The notes under the pieces: generated by a model | Seen by the model: only the letters and a program-made list of their open reading frames with translations | What the model was told of the DNA's origin: nothing | The model's database searches: none | Source of the DNA: Alphaproteobacteria bacterium | GTDB taxonomy: Bacteria; Pseudomonadota; Alphaproteobacteria; CALKHQ01 | Assembly: GCA_965227515.1 (NCBI GenBank) | Contig: CBDDFZ010000001.1 | Location: 544,001 to 608,000 of the forward strand | DNA: 64,000 bases | Direction of reading: 5' to 3' | Position numbers and translations under genes: made by a program | Part shown: positions 55,926 to 64,000 of the stretch, piece after piece | How positions within the stretch are numbered: position 1 is the stretch's first letter | Layout of the letters: each line of letters opens with the position of its first letter

Positions 55926-56942
55926 CTATCTGGCGAGGTGGAGGCGCACCGCCTGGACGGTGAAGTTCCCCGCCAGGTTGAGCGCCAACTCAGGTGTGTC
56001 GGAGCCGACCTTCAGGCCCGACCACAAATCCAATCGATAGGCGGCGGTGTTGACGCCGACGCGTGCCGCGTTGCTGGCCGTGCTGCCGCCGACCAGCAGG
56101 CTGGCCTGGCCGAAGCCATGGGCGGTGCGGCCGAACAGGGTGACCGCCTCGATATTGCAGCCCTGGAACGCCGCCAGGTTGAACAGGTCGTTCAGGCGGA
56201 TGCGCTGGCCGCTCACCTGCACATTCACCTGCCGCTCCAGCACCTGGCAGTTCGGCTGCGGCTGCGGGTTCCAGCCGGGGTTCCATCCCGGGTGGCCGCC
56301 GCCTTGACCGCCACCCTGGCCATTCGCCGGCGCGAGCTCGATGCTGATGCGGGTGATCTGCACGCGGCCGTTGACGTTCAGGCGCATGCGGTTGAAGTCG
56401 TCGCCGATCTCGGCGTTGCCGCCCGGGTCCAGCACCACCCGGCTGGTGTTGCGGGCGAACGCCTGGTCCGCCAACTTGTCGTCCAGCAGCAGGGCCAGCG
56501 TGCCCCATGTCGCATAGGGCGTGGTCTCGATGATCACGCTGCGCACGGTGCGGCCGCGATAGGCGGGGCCAAGATTGGCGATCTGGCGCAGGCCGATGGT
56601 CTCGTTGGCGACCAGGCGGTTGACCGGGACGGCGATCACCTGCGAGGGGCCGCCATTGCCCCAGTTGCCATTACCCCAGTTGCCATTACCGGGATGGTTG
56701 CCCCAGTTGCCGTTGTTCCAGTTTCCGTTGTTGCCGTTGCCCCAGCCGTTGTTGCCCCAACCATTGTTGCCGGCATGGCCGTTGTTCCAGCCGCCGCCAT
56801 TGCCCCCGCCATTCCCCCAGGCGATTTGAGGCGGTGCACTCAACGCTGGCGCGTCGTCCTGCCCGGAATAAAGGGGCGCCGCCATGGCCTGGCCGGCCAA
56901 TGCCAGCAGGCCGAGGCCCGCGATTGCCGTCTTGACGATCAT
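55926..56942 (-). CDS. Secreted hypothetical protein: G/N/W low-complexity repeat plus two tandem beta-rich domains
   Basis: Signal peptide ending AMA|A, GGAG RBS, GN(G)NW repeats, two related ~105-aa domains. Confidence 0.8.
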   Translation of the reverse strand: MIVKTAIAGLGLLALAGQAMAAPLYSGQDDAPALSAPPQIAWGNGGGNGGGWNNGHAGNNGWGNNGWGNGNNGNWNNGNWGNHPGNGNWGNGNWGNGGPSQVIAVPVNRLVANETIGLRQIANLGPAYRGRTVRSVIIETTPYATWGTLALLLDDKLADQAFARNTSRVVLDPGGNAEIGDDFNRMRLNVNGRVQITRISIELAPANGQGGGQGGGHPGWNPGWNPQPQPNCQVLERQVNVQVSGQRIRLNDLFNLAAFQGCNIEAVTLFGRTAHGFGQASLLVGGSTASNAARVGVNTAAYRLDLWSGLKVGSDTPELALNLAGNFTVQAVRLHLAR

Positions 56943-57150
56943 GTCCCGCTCCTGGTTGCTTGATCGCATGGTCCAGAGTCTTTCGAACCGCGGCTGTCGT
57001 TCTGTGCACCGCGTGCGTCCGATGAGCGGAATATGGCGCCGCGCCGCATTGCGGCTGTATGGCCCGGGCGTTATTTGTTTGTTGGAAGCCTTAAAAGGAA
57101 ATAACAGGCGCGCTATTCCAATTTACCGGCGCGCAGGCCATGTCTTCGGC

Positions 57151-57438
57151 ATGATGATCAGGAAAGATTGCATCAGCGCGGCCGCCATTGCATTGGCTCT
57201 ACTGTCGGCGAGTGTGCCCGCAGGCGCGCAAAACGGTTCCGCCCCCGACCTGCTGTCGATTCTCTCGCAATTGCAGCAGAACCCGGCCTATGCCGGCCAG
57301 ATCGTCGGCACCCAGGCCTATCGCCCCGACCCCCAGTCCGACCGCGTGCTCTACCAGGTGCGCATCCTGCGGCCGGACGACCAGATCATCGTGATCTACA
57401 TCGATCCGGCGACCGGTCAGGTGGTGAACCCAAATTGA
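57151..57438 (+). CDS. Small periplasmic PepSY-like protein
   Basis: Signal peptide; YQVRILRPDDQIIVIYIDPATGQVV PepSY-like C-terminus; precedes RR-HK. Confidence 0.7.
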   Translation: MMIRKDCISAAAIALALLSASVPAGAQNGSAPDLLSILSQLQQNPAYAGQIVGTQAYRPDPQSDRVLYQVRILRPDDQIIVIYIDPATGQVVNPN

Positions 57439-57491
57439 AGTAACCTTCTCCAAATTGCGCTAGCATGACGCCAGCGATGTAGGGAGGCGTC

Positions 57492-58178
57492 ATGCGCGTG
57501 CTGCTGGTGGAAGACGATGCCGATCTGGCCGACCAGATCGCCAATGTGCTGCGCGGCGAGCATTTCGCCGTCGACATGGTCGGCGACGGCATCGCCGCGG
57601 CGGAAATGGGCGTCGCCGAGCCCTATGACGCGGTGATCCTGGACCCCGGCCTGCCCGGCATGGACGGCATCAGCGTGCTGCGGCGCTGGCGCGAGAAGGG
57701 CCTGACCATGCCGGTCATCGTGCTGACCGCCTCACGCAAGGAAGTCTCCGACATGAAGGAGGCGGTGCGCGCCGGCGCGACCAACTACCTGACCAAACCC
57801 ATCGACATGGAGCTGCTGCTGGACTGGCTGCGCGGCGTGGTCAATTCCGCCGGCCCCAACACCTCGCCCGCCGTGCTGACCGCCGGGCGGATCAAGATCG
57901 ACACCCAGTCGCTGCGCGTGTTCCTGGACGGCGCGCCGGTCAAGATCACGCCGACCGAATACCGCATCCTGCACTACATGGTGGTCAACCGGGAGCGGCC
58001 GGTGTCGGCCGAGGAGCTAGTCAAGCATAATTTCGATGGCGAAACGAGCAAGACCACGGCTGAGATTCCGGTCTATATCAGCCGCCTGCGCGACAAGCTC
58101 GACCGGCGCTTGATCCAGACCGAGTACGGCTTCGGCTATCGCCTGGTCTGCGACGACGACGCGGCACCGGCGGCCTAG
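57492..58178 (+). CDS. OmpR/PhoB-family response regulator
   Basis: LLVEDD, ILDPGLPGMDG, YLTKP, winged-helix TEYGFGY. Confidence 0.93.
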   Translation: MRVLLVEDDADLADQIANVLRGEHFAVDMVGDGIAAAEMGVAEPYDAVILDPGLPGMDGISVLRRWREKGLTMPVIVLTASRKEVSDMKEAVRAGATNYLTKPIDMELLLDWLRGVVNSAGPNTSPAVLTAGRIKIDTQSLRVFLDGAPVKITPTEYRILHYMVVNRERPVSAEELVKHNFDGETSKTTAEIPVYISRLRDKLDRRLIQTEYGFGYRLVCDDDAAPAA

Positions 58179-58228
58179 CGCCGCGCGGCCGGCCAGCGCC
58201 CCCTCCAAACTCACGCACCCGAACGGCC

Positions 58229-59620
58229 ATGCGTCTCAGGCTGCCGCCAACGCTGATCGGCCGGGTCACCACGGTCGCCGTCACCCTGTCGGTGCTGGCG
58301 GTGCCGATCATCTGGGTCTCCGCCGACATCATGCTGCGGATCTTCGCCGAGGGCGTGGTCGACAGCCAGCTCCGCACTTTCGGCCAGCAGTTGCGGGGCG
58401 CCCGCGCCGCCGCCCAGGGCACCGGCGACTTCGCCTTCATCGAGCCCGACCTGCAATGGGTCTGGCAGATTAGCGTCGACGGCGCGGTCGAGCACCGCTC
58501 GATCGCGCTCGCCATCCCGGATGTAGAGCTGCCGGGGCCGGAAAGCGACGGGCCGACCCGCAGTTTCGAGGTCGACTTCGAGGACACGGCCATCGGGCGC
58601 TTGCGGCTGGCCACCCGCACCGCGCTCGAGTCGGAGGGCGAGGGGGCATTCACGCCGGTGACCTACACCGTCGGCATCAGTTCCGAGCGCTATCAGGGAC
58701 TGGTTGATGTCTACGTCGACGACCTGTCGACGCTGGCGCTGGTCGCCACCGTGCCGACCTTCGTGTGCCTGGCCGCCCTGGTGGTGGCGGTGCTGCTGAT
58801 CCTGCGCCTCAGCCTCAACCGGGTGGAGCTGGCGGTCGACCGGTTCCGGCACGGCGCCACCGAGCGCATCGAGGGCCGGTTCCCGACCGAGCTGGCCCGC
58901 CTGATCGCCCAGGTGAACGAGCTTCTGCGCCGCAACGCCCAGATGCTCGACCGCACGCGGCGTTATGTCTCCAAGATCGCGCACGACCTGAACCACCCGA
59001 TCGCGGTGCTGACCAACATGCTGAAGGGCACGCCGCAGCAGGACGACGCGCAGCGGCAGCTGGAACGCATGGGCGGGCTGGTAGAGCGCTACACCACGCT
59101 CGCCCGCGCGGTCGGTCCCGGCGCGCTGACGGTGCGCGAATGCCAGGTGCGGCCCGTTCTGGACGACACCGCCGACAGCTTCCGCCTGCTGTTCCGCCGC
59201 ACACCGCTGGAGATCGCGGTCGACTGCGCCCCGGACCTCGCCTTCCCGGTGGAGACGGCGGACCTTGAGGCGATCCTCTCCAACCTGGTCGGCAACGCGC
59301 ACAAGTACGCAACGGCGCGCGCCCGCATCTCGGCAGCGCGGGACGCCACCGGGCTGACGATTACCGTCGACGACGACGGCCCCGGCATTCCGGCGGCGGC
59401 ACGCAAGACCGCTGTGGCCTGGGGCCGACGGCTGGACGAGGCGCCGCCCGGCTCCGGCTTCGGCCTCACCATCGTGGCCGACCTTGTCGAGCTCTATGGC
59501 GGCAGCTTCGCGCTGGATGAATCGCCCATGGGCGGGCTTCGCGCCGAAATCACCCTGCCTGGCCCGTCCGGTGCGGCGTTGGAAGCGGAACAGCCGGACG
59601 GCATGCCTGGCCGCGCATAG
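58229..59620 (+). CDS. Sensor histidine kinase (PhoQ/FeuQ-like architecture)
   Basis: Two TM segments, FPTEL HAMP, AHDLNHP H-box, NLVGNAHKY, DDDGPGI, GSGFGL. Confidence 0.9.
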   Translation: MRLRLPPTLIGRVTTVAVTLSVLAVPIIWVSADIMLRIFAEGVVDSQLRTFGQQLRGARAAAQGTGDFAFIEPDLQWVWQISVDGAVEHRSIALAIPDVELPGPESDGPTRSFEVDFEDTAIGRLRLATRTALESEGEGAFTPVTYTVGISSERYQGLVDVYVDDLSTLALVATVPTFVCLAALVVAVLLILRLSLNRVELAVDRFRHGATERIEGRFPTELARLIAQVNELLRRNAQMLDRTRRYVSKIAHDLNHPIAVLTNMLKGTPQQDDAQRQLERMGGLVERYTTLARAVGPGALTVRECQVRPVLDDTADSFRLLFRRTPLEIAVDCAPDLAFPVETADLEAILSNLVGNAHKYATARARISAARDATGLTITVDDDGPGIPAAARKTAVAWGRRLDEAPPGSGFGLTIVADLVELYGGSFALDESPMGGLRAEITLPGPSGAALEAEQPDGMPGRA

Positions 59621-59694
59621 CGCTTGCCTTGGCGGCGCGGCACTGGCACGGTCCGCCGCACGCAATTCCCGGCACCCACCACCGCACGGATTTC

Positions 59695-60696
59695 ATGACA
59701 GAGACCAGCCAACAGGCGAGCCTGGACGTGGTCGGCATCGGCAACGCCATCGTCGACATCCTGTCCCACGCCGAAGAGGACTTCCTGCAGCAGCACGCGC
59801 TGACCAAGGGCGCGATGAACCTGATCGACACCGATTTCGCCGACCGGCTCTATGCCGCCATGGGACCGGCGGTGGAAACCTCCGGCGGGTCGTGCGCCAA
59901 CACCATGGCCGGCGTGGCCTCGTGCGGCGGCAAGGCCGGCTACATCGGCAAGGTGCGCAATGACACCTTCGGCAAGATTTTCACCCATGACATCCGCGCC
60001 ATCGGCGTCGACTTCGACACCACCATGTCGATCGACGGCGCGCCGACGGCCCGCTGCCTGATCCTGGTCACGCCGGACGCCCAGCGCACCATGCACACCT
60101 ATCTGGGGGCCTGCATCGAGCTGGGGCCGGAGGATGTGGATGCCGAGATGGTGCAAAGCGCGGCCATCACCTATCTGGAGGGCTATCTGTGGGACCCGCC
60201 GCGCGCCAAGCAGGCGATGCTGGACTCCGCCAAGATCGCCCATGATGCCGGGCGCACCGTGGCCCTGACCCTTTCCGACCCGTTCTGTGTCGAGCGCCAC
60301 CGCGACAGCTTCCGCGGCCTGATCGACGATCATGTCGACGTGCTGTTCGCCAACGAGGCGGAGGTGATCTCGCTCTACCAGGCGAAGGACTTCGACGAGG
60401 CGGCGCGCGCGGTGCGCGCGCACTGCAAGGTCGCGGCGCTGACCCGCAGCGAGAAGGGATCGGTGGTGGTCTCCGGCGACAACATCGTCGCCGTGCCGGC
60501 CGAGCCCGTCGAGCGGGTGGTCGACACCACCGGCGCCGGCGACCAGTACGCGGCCGGGTTCCTCTATGGGCTGGCGCGCGGCCGGTCGATGGCCGACTGC
60601 GCGCGGATGGGCGGCATCGCCGCCGCCGAGGTGATCGACCATCTCGGCCCGCGACCGGAACGGCCTCTCAGCAAGCTGATGCAGGCGGTCGGGTAG
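59695..60696 (+). CDS. PfkB-family adenosine kinase
   Basis: GNAIVD, SGGSCANT, LEGYLWD, DTTGAGD. Confidence 0.88.
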   Translation: MTETSQQASLDVVGIGNAIVDILSHAEEDFLQQHALTKGAMNLIDTDFADRLYAAMGPAVETSGGSCANTMAGVASCGGKAGYIGKVRNDTFGKIFTHDIRAIGVDFDTTMSIDGAPTARCLILVTPDAQRTMHTYLGACIELGPEDVDAEMVQSAAITYLEGYLWDPPRAKQAMLDSAKIAHDAGRTVALTLSDPFCVERHRDSFRGLIDDHVDVLFANEAEVISLYQAKDFDEAARAVRAHCKVAALTRSEKGSVVVSGDNIVAVPAEPVERVVDTTGAGDQYAAGFLYGLARGRSMADCARMGGIAAAEVIDHLGPRPERPLSKLMQAVG

Positions 60697-60781
60697 TTCT
60701 GCCGCTGCACCCACGGCGCTCGATTGAATCCCTACACTTGGACGCCTATCGTTGGTCGACTCGGGCACCGGGAGGCATACG

Positions 60782-62629
60782 ATGGGCACCGTGCGATTTG
60801 GCTCAAAGGGCGTATGGATCGGCTTCATGGCGGGGGCCATGGCTGCCGCCTGGGCGCCGCTGGCGCTCGCGCAAGACGGCGAGGCGGAGGTCGGCCCCAA
60901 TGGCGGCATCGTCAGCCACGCCATGGTCATGTTCGGCGAGCCGAAATACGCGCCCGGCTTCGACCATCTTGACTACGCGGTGCCCGATGCGCCGAAGGGC
61001 GGCACGTTCCGCCAGCACGTCATCGGCACCTTCGACAGCCTGAACCCGTTCATCCTGCCCGGCGCCACCGTGACCGGCGCCCATTTCTGGAACCAGACGC
61101 TGATGGCGCGGGTGTGGGATGAGCCGTTCACGCTCTATGGCCTGATCGCCGAGACCGTCGAGATGCCGGAGGACCGGACCTGGGTGGTGTTCAACCTGAG
61201 GCCGGAGGCGCGCTGGCACGACGGCACCCCGATCACCGCAGAGGACGTCAAGTTCTCCATCGAGACCATGGTGACGCTGGGCACGCCGCGCCGCCAGCAA
61301 TATGCCGACGACATCGCGTCGATCACGGTGCTGGGCGATCGGTCGGTGCGGATCGACTTCACCGACAAGGCCAACCGCGAGACGCCGATGATCATGGGCC
61401 TGATGCCCATGGTCTCCCAGGCCTATTACGCCGAGCATCCGTTCGAGGAACCGACGCTGGAACCGCCGCTCGGCAGCGGCCCCTATCGGGTGGGATCGGT
61501 CGATGCCGGCCGCAGCATCAGCTATGAGCGGGTCGAGGACTATTGGGCCGCCGACCTGGGCCTGAGCGCCGGCCATTACAATTTCGACCGACTGACGTTC
61601 GAGTATTTCCGCGACGCCACCGTGGCGATGGAGGCGTTCCTGACCGGCGCCTACGACTTCCGCGGCGAGGGCGATCCTTCGCGCTGGGCGAGCGTCTATA
61701 CCGGCCCCGCCGTGGACGCCGGCGAGATCGTGCTGGAGGAAATCGGCAACGCCCGCCCGTCCGGCATGAACTCGTTCGTGTTCAACACCCGGCGCGAGAT
61801 TTTCGGCGACTGGCGGGTGAGGCGCGCGCTGGCCTATGCGTTCGACTTCGAGAGCCTGAACGAGACGCTGTTCTACGGCGCCTACAGCCGAACCACAGGC
61901 CTGTTCGACAATTCGCCGCTGGCGTTCAGCGGCGTGCCCGAGGGCCGCGAGCGCGAGCTGCTGGAGACCGTGGCCGACCAGCTGCCGGACGGCATCTTCG
62001 ACGAGCCGTTCGTGGTGCCGGGCACCGAGGAAGGCGCCACCCTGCGCAGCAACCTGCGCGAGGCGCAGATGCAGCTCGCCGAGGCGGGCTGGACGGTGCA
62101 GGACAACGTGCTGACCAACGAGGCCACCGGCACGCCGATGGCTTTCGAGATATTGCTGGTCACCCCGGCGAACGAGACCATCGCGCTCGCGTTCGCCGAC
62201 AATCTGGCACGCTTGGGCATCGAGGCGCGGGTCCGCACCGTTGAGTCGGCGCAATATCAGGAACGGCTAACCACCTTCGATTTCGACATGATCATGTTTC
62301 GCTGGAACGTGACGCTGTCGCCGGGCAACGAGCAGTTCCTCTATTGGAGCACGGCGCAGGCCGACCAGGACGGCAGCCGCAACTATGCCGGCATCCGCAA
62401 TACGGCCATCGACGCATTGATCGGCGAGCTGGCCAACGCGCGCACGTCCGAGGAGCTGACCGCCGCCGCCCGTGCCCTCGATCGCACGTTGATGTGGGGC
62501 TACTACTTTGTGCCGCTCTACCACGTGACGTTCGACCGGGTGGCCTACTGGCAGGGCTTCGGCCATCCGCCGGAACCATCGCTCTACGGCAATGTCCTGG
62601 AGGCGTGGTGGGCGGAGCCGGTGGAATAG
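60782..62629 (+). CDS. ABC family 5 extracellular solute-binding protein (YejA-like)
   Basis: GEPKY..F.H.DY..PDAPKGG, FDSLNPF, WHDGTPITAEDV, PLGSGPY. Confidence 0.9.
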   Translation: MGTVRFGSKGVWIGFMAGAMAAAWAPLALAQDGEAEVGPNGGIVSHAMVMFGEPKYAPGFDHLDYAVPDAPKGGTFRQHVIGTFDSLNPFILPGATVTGAHFWNQTLMARVWDEPFTLYGLIAETVEMPEDRTWVVFNLRPEARWHDGTPITAEDVKFSIETMVTLGTPRRQQYADDIASITVLGDRSVRIDFTDKANRETPMIMGLMPMVSQAYYAEHPFEEPTLEPPLGSGPYRVGSVDAGRSISYERVEDYWAADLGLSAGHYNFDRLTFEYFRDATVAMEAFLTGAYDFRGEGDPSRWASVYTGPAVDAGEIVLEEIGNARPSGMNSFVFNTRREIFGDWRVRRALAYAFDFESLNETLFYGAYSRTTGLFDNSPLAFSGVPEGRERELLETVADQLPDGIFDEPFVVPGTEEGATLRSNLREAQMQLAEAGWTVQDNVLTNEATGTPMAFEILLVTPANETIALAFADNLARLGIEARVRTVESAQYQERLTTFDFDMIMFRWNVTLSPGNEQFLYWSTAQADQDGSRNYAGIRNTAIDALIGELANARTSEELTAAARALDRTLMWGYYFVPLYHVTFDRVAYWQGFGHPPEPSLYGNVLEAWWAEPVE

Positions 62630-62644
62630 GCAGGCCAGCGCGCG

Positions 62645-63154
62645 ATGGCCACGTTAGAGGTCGTGACCGGGGACATCACCCGGCTTGAGGTCGACGCCAT
62701 CGTCAATGCCGCCAACACCAGCCTGCTCGGCGGCGGCGGGGTCGACGGCGCAATCCATCGCGCGGCCGGGCCAGACCTGGTCAAGGCATGCGCGGCCCTT
62801 GGCGGCTGCGAGACCGGCAGCGCCAAGCTCACCAATGGCTTCCGGTTGCCGGCGCACTATGTGATCCACGCGGTCGGCCCGGTGTGGCGCGGCGGTGCGT
62901 CCGGCGAGCCGGACCTGCTCGCGGGCTGTTATCGCACCGCCATCGATCTGGCCGCCGAGCATGAGATCGCGAGCATCGCGTTCCCGGCGATCTCCACCGG
63001 CATCTACGGCTATCCGTTGCAACCGGCCGCCGAAATCGCTGTCGGCACCGTGCGCACGGCCATGGACTCCCGCCCGGCGCTGGCTCGCGTGCTGTTCTGT
63101 TGTTTCAGCGATGGCGACGCGGCGGTGTATCGCGAGGTGCTGGCGCGGGGCTGA
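62645..63154 (+). CDS. ymdB: Macrodomain O-acetyl-ADP-ribose deacetylase (YmdB-like)
   Basis: GDIT, VNAAN, GGGGVDGAIH, PAISTGIYGYP. Confidence 0.9.
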   Translation: MATLEVVTGDITRLEVDAIVNAANTSLLGGGGVDGAIHRAAGPDLVKACAALGGCETGSAKLTNGFRLPAHYVIHAVGPVWRGGASGEPDLLAGCYRTAIDLAAEHEIASIAFPAISTGIYGYPLQPAAEIAVGTVRTAMDSRPALARVLFCCFSDGDAAVYREVLARG

Positions 63155-63267
63155 CGATCACTTCACCATCTCGCCCCTTGCCGCGACCTTCGGCATGTGA
63201 TTGAACAATGGACGCGAGCAGCCTGGGTCTGCTCGACATTTCAGACACGGTGGAGAAGGGCGGACCA

Positions 63268-64000
63268 ATGTTCCGCAAGGATCGCGGTGCGAAAAGGCCG
63301 GAACGCGGCAGCGCGAACGGTGCGGCACGCACCCAGCCAACAGTGGACATGGCGCGGCTGCGCCGCCCGGACGCCGGCGAGAAGGCCGCAAGCAATGGAG
63401 CGCCCGCTTCCGGACCGGCGGCATCCGGCCCTGCCACACCGGCGGCGCGGTCCAACGGCACACCCCAAGGCGCGGCGCACGGCTCACCGGCTGCGACCAA
63501 CGGTGCGCGCGGCGCCAAATCGGCCAAGGCCGCGCCCGATATGGCCGACCAGGGCAAGCCCAGAGCGGGCAGGCCCGCACCGGCCGCCCCGGCCCAGCCG
63601 CTGGATCACGACGTTCCGCATATGCCGCCAGGTGGGCTGGCCGCCTCGCCGATTGCCGCACTGCGCACCAATTGGCTGCGCGCCTCGGCGCCCGCCATGG
63701 CCGACATTCCCAACTTCCCCCCAAAACGGGAGCAGCCCGTGGCCCGCGTCGACTCGACATCGCTGGATCCGCATCGCCACCCCGACAACCGACACGGCGA
63801 CAGCCGCCTTTCCGATGGGCGACACGGCGACAGCCGTCACTCCGATGGGCGCCTCTCCGATAGCCGCATGCCGGACGGGCGCATGTCAGACGGGCGCATG
63901 TCCGATAACAGGCATGTCGACGTCGGCCGGCGCATGCACATTGGCCGCGACATCACCATCAGCGGCGAGATCAAGTCCTGCGGCCTGCTGGAGGTGGAGG
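63268..64000 (+). CDS. Bactofilin-like protein with long disordered N-terminus (truncated by window end)
   Basis: Open frame MFRKDRG... ending MHIGRDITISGEIKSCGLLEVE (start of a bactofilin beta-helix); GGAG RBS; absent from the ORF track because there is no stop in the window. Confidence 0.75.
   Translation, partial: MFRKDRGAKRPERGSANGAARTQPTVDMARLRRPDAGEKAASNGAPASGPAASGPATPAARSNGTPQGAAHGSPAATNGARGAKSAKAAPDMADQGKPRAGRPAPAAPAQPLDHDVPHMPPGGLAASPIAALRTNWLRASAPAMADIPNFPPKREQPVARVDSTSLDPHRHPDNRHGDSRLSDGRHGDSRHSDGRLSDSRMPDGRMSDGRMSDNRHVDVGRRMHIGRDITISGEIKSCGLLEVE
63775..63924 (+). repeat. Ten degenerate 15-bp coding tandem repeats (R-[HLM]-x-D-[GSN])
   Basis: RHPDN RHGDS RLSDG RHGDS RHSDG RLSDS RMPDG RMSDG RMSDN RHVDV. 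Confidence 0.85.

Noticed and set aside
63201-63863. 220-aa ORF from the track
   Set aside because: Overlapping frame starting at 63268 has an RBS, coherent repeats and a bactofilin-like segment, so it is preferred

Overview
High-GC alphaproteobacterial chromosome (Rhodospirillales-like gene order), probably origin-proximal given two parS sites and the mnmE-mnmG-rsmG-parA-parB block. It is mostly core genes: dnaK-dnaJ, hrcA-grpE/rph-rdgB/hemW, rsmI-yraN-BON/lpoA, nth, dapB, divL, tsaE-amgK-murU-addBA-trxA, hprK-rapZ-EIIA-HPr-ahcY and xseA/purD. The standout is a complete ~1.42-kb IS110/IS1111-type element (14689-16108) inserted at the GT^AG of a GTAG-type REP. Its 3' non-coding end can be folded by eye into a bridge/seek-RNA with four short guide segments matching both halves of the target and both halves of the predicted circle junction. 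Other notable items: several families of intergenic palindromic repeats, a secreted G/N/W-repeat protein divergent from a PepSY-like/RR/HK module, a Sel1-repeat protein preceded by a CtrA-like box, an orphan PhnZ-like HD protein, a DUF1848 gene behind nth, and a bactofilin-like protein with a pentapeptide-repeat tract. All calls come from reading motifs by eye; no searches were run and many start codons are estimates.
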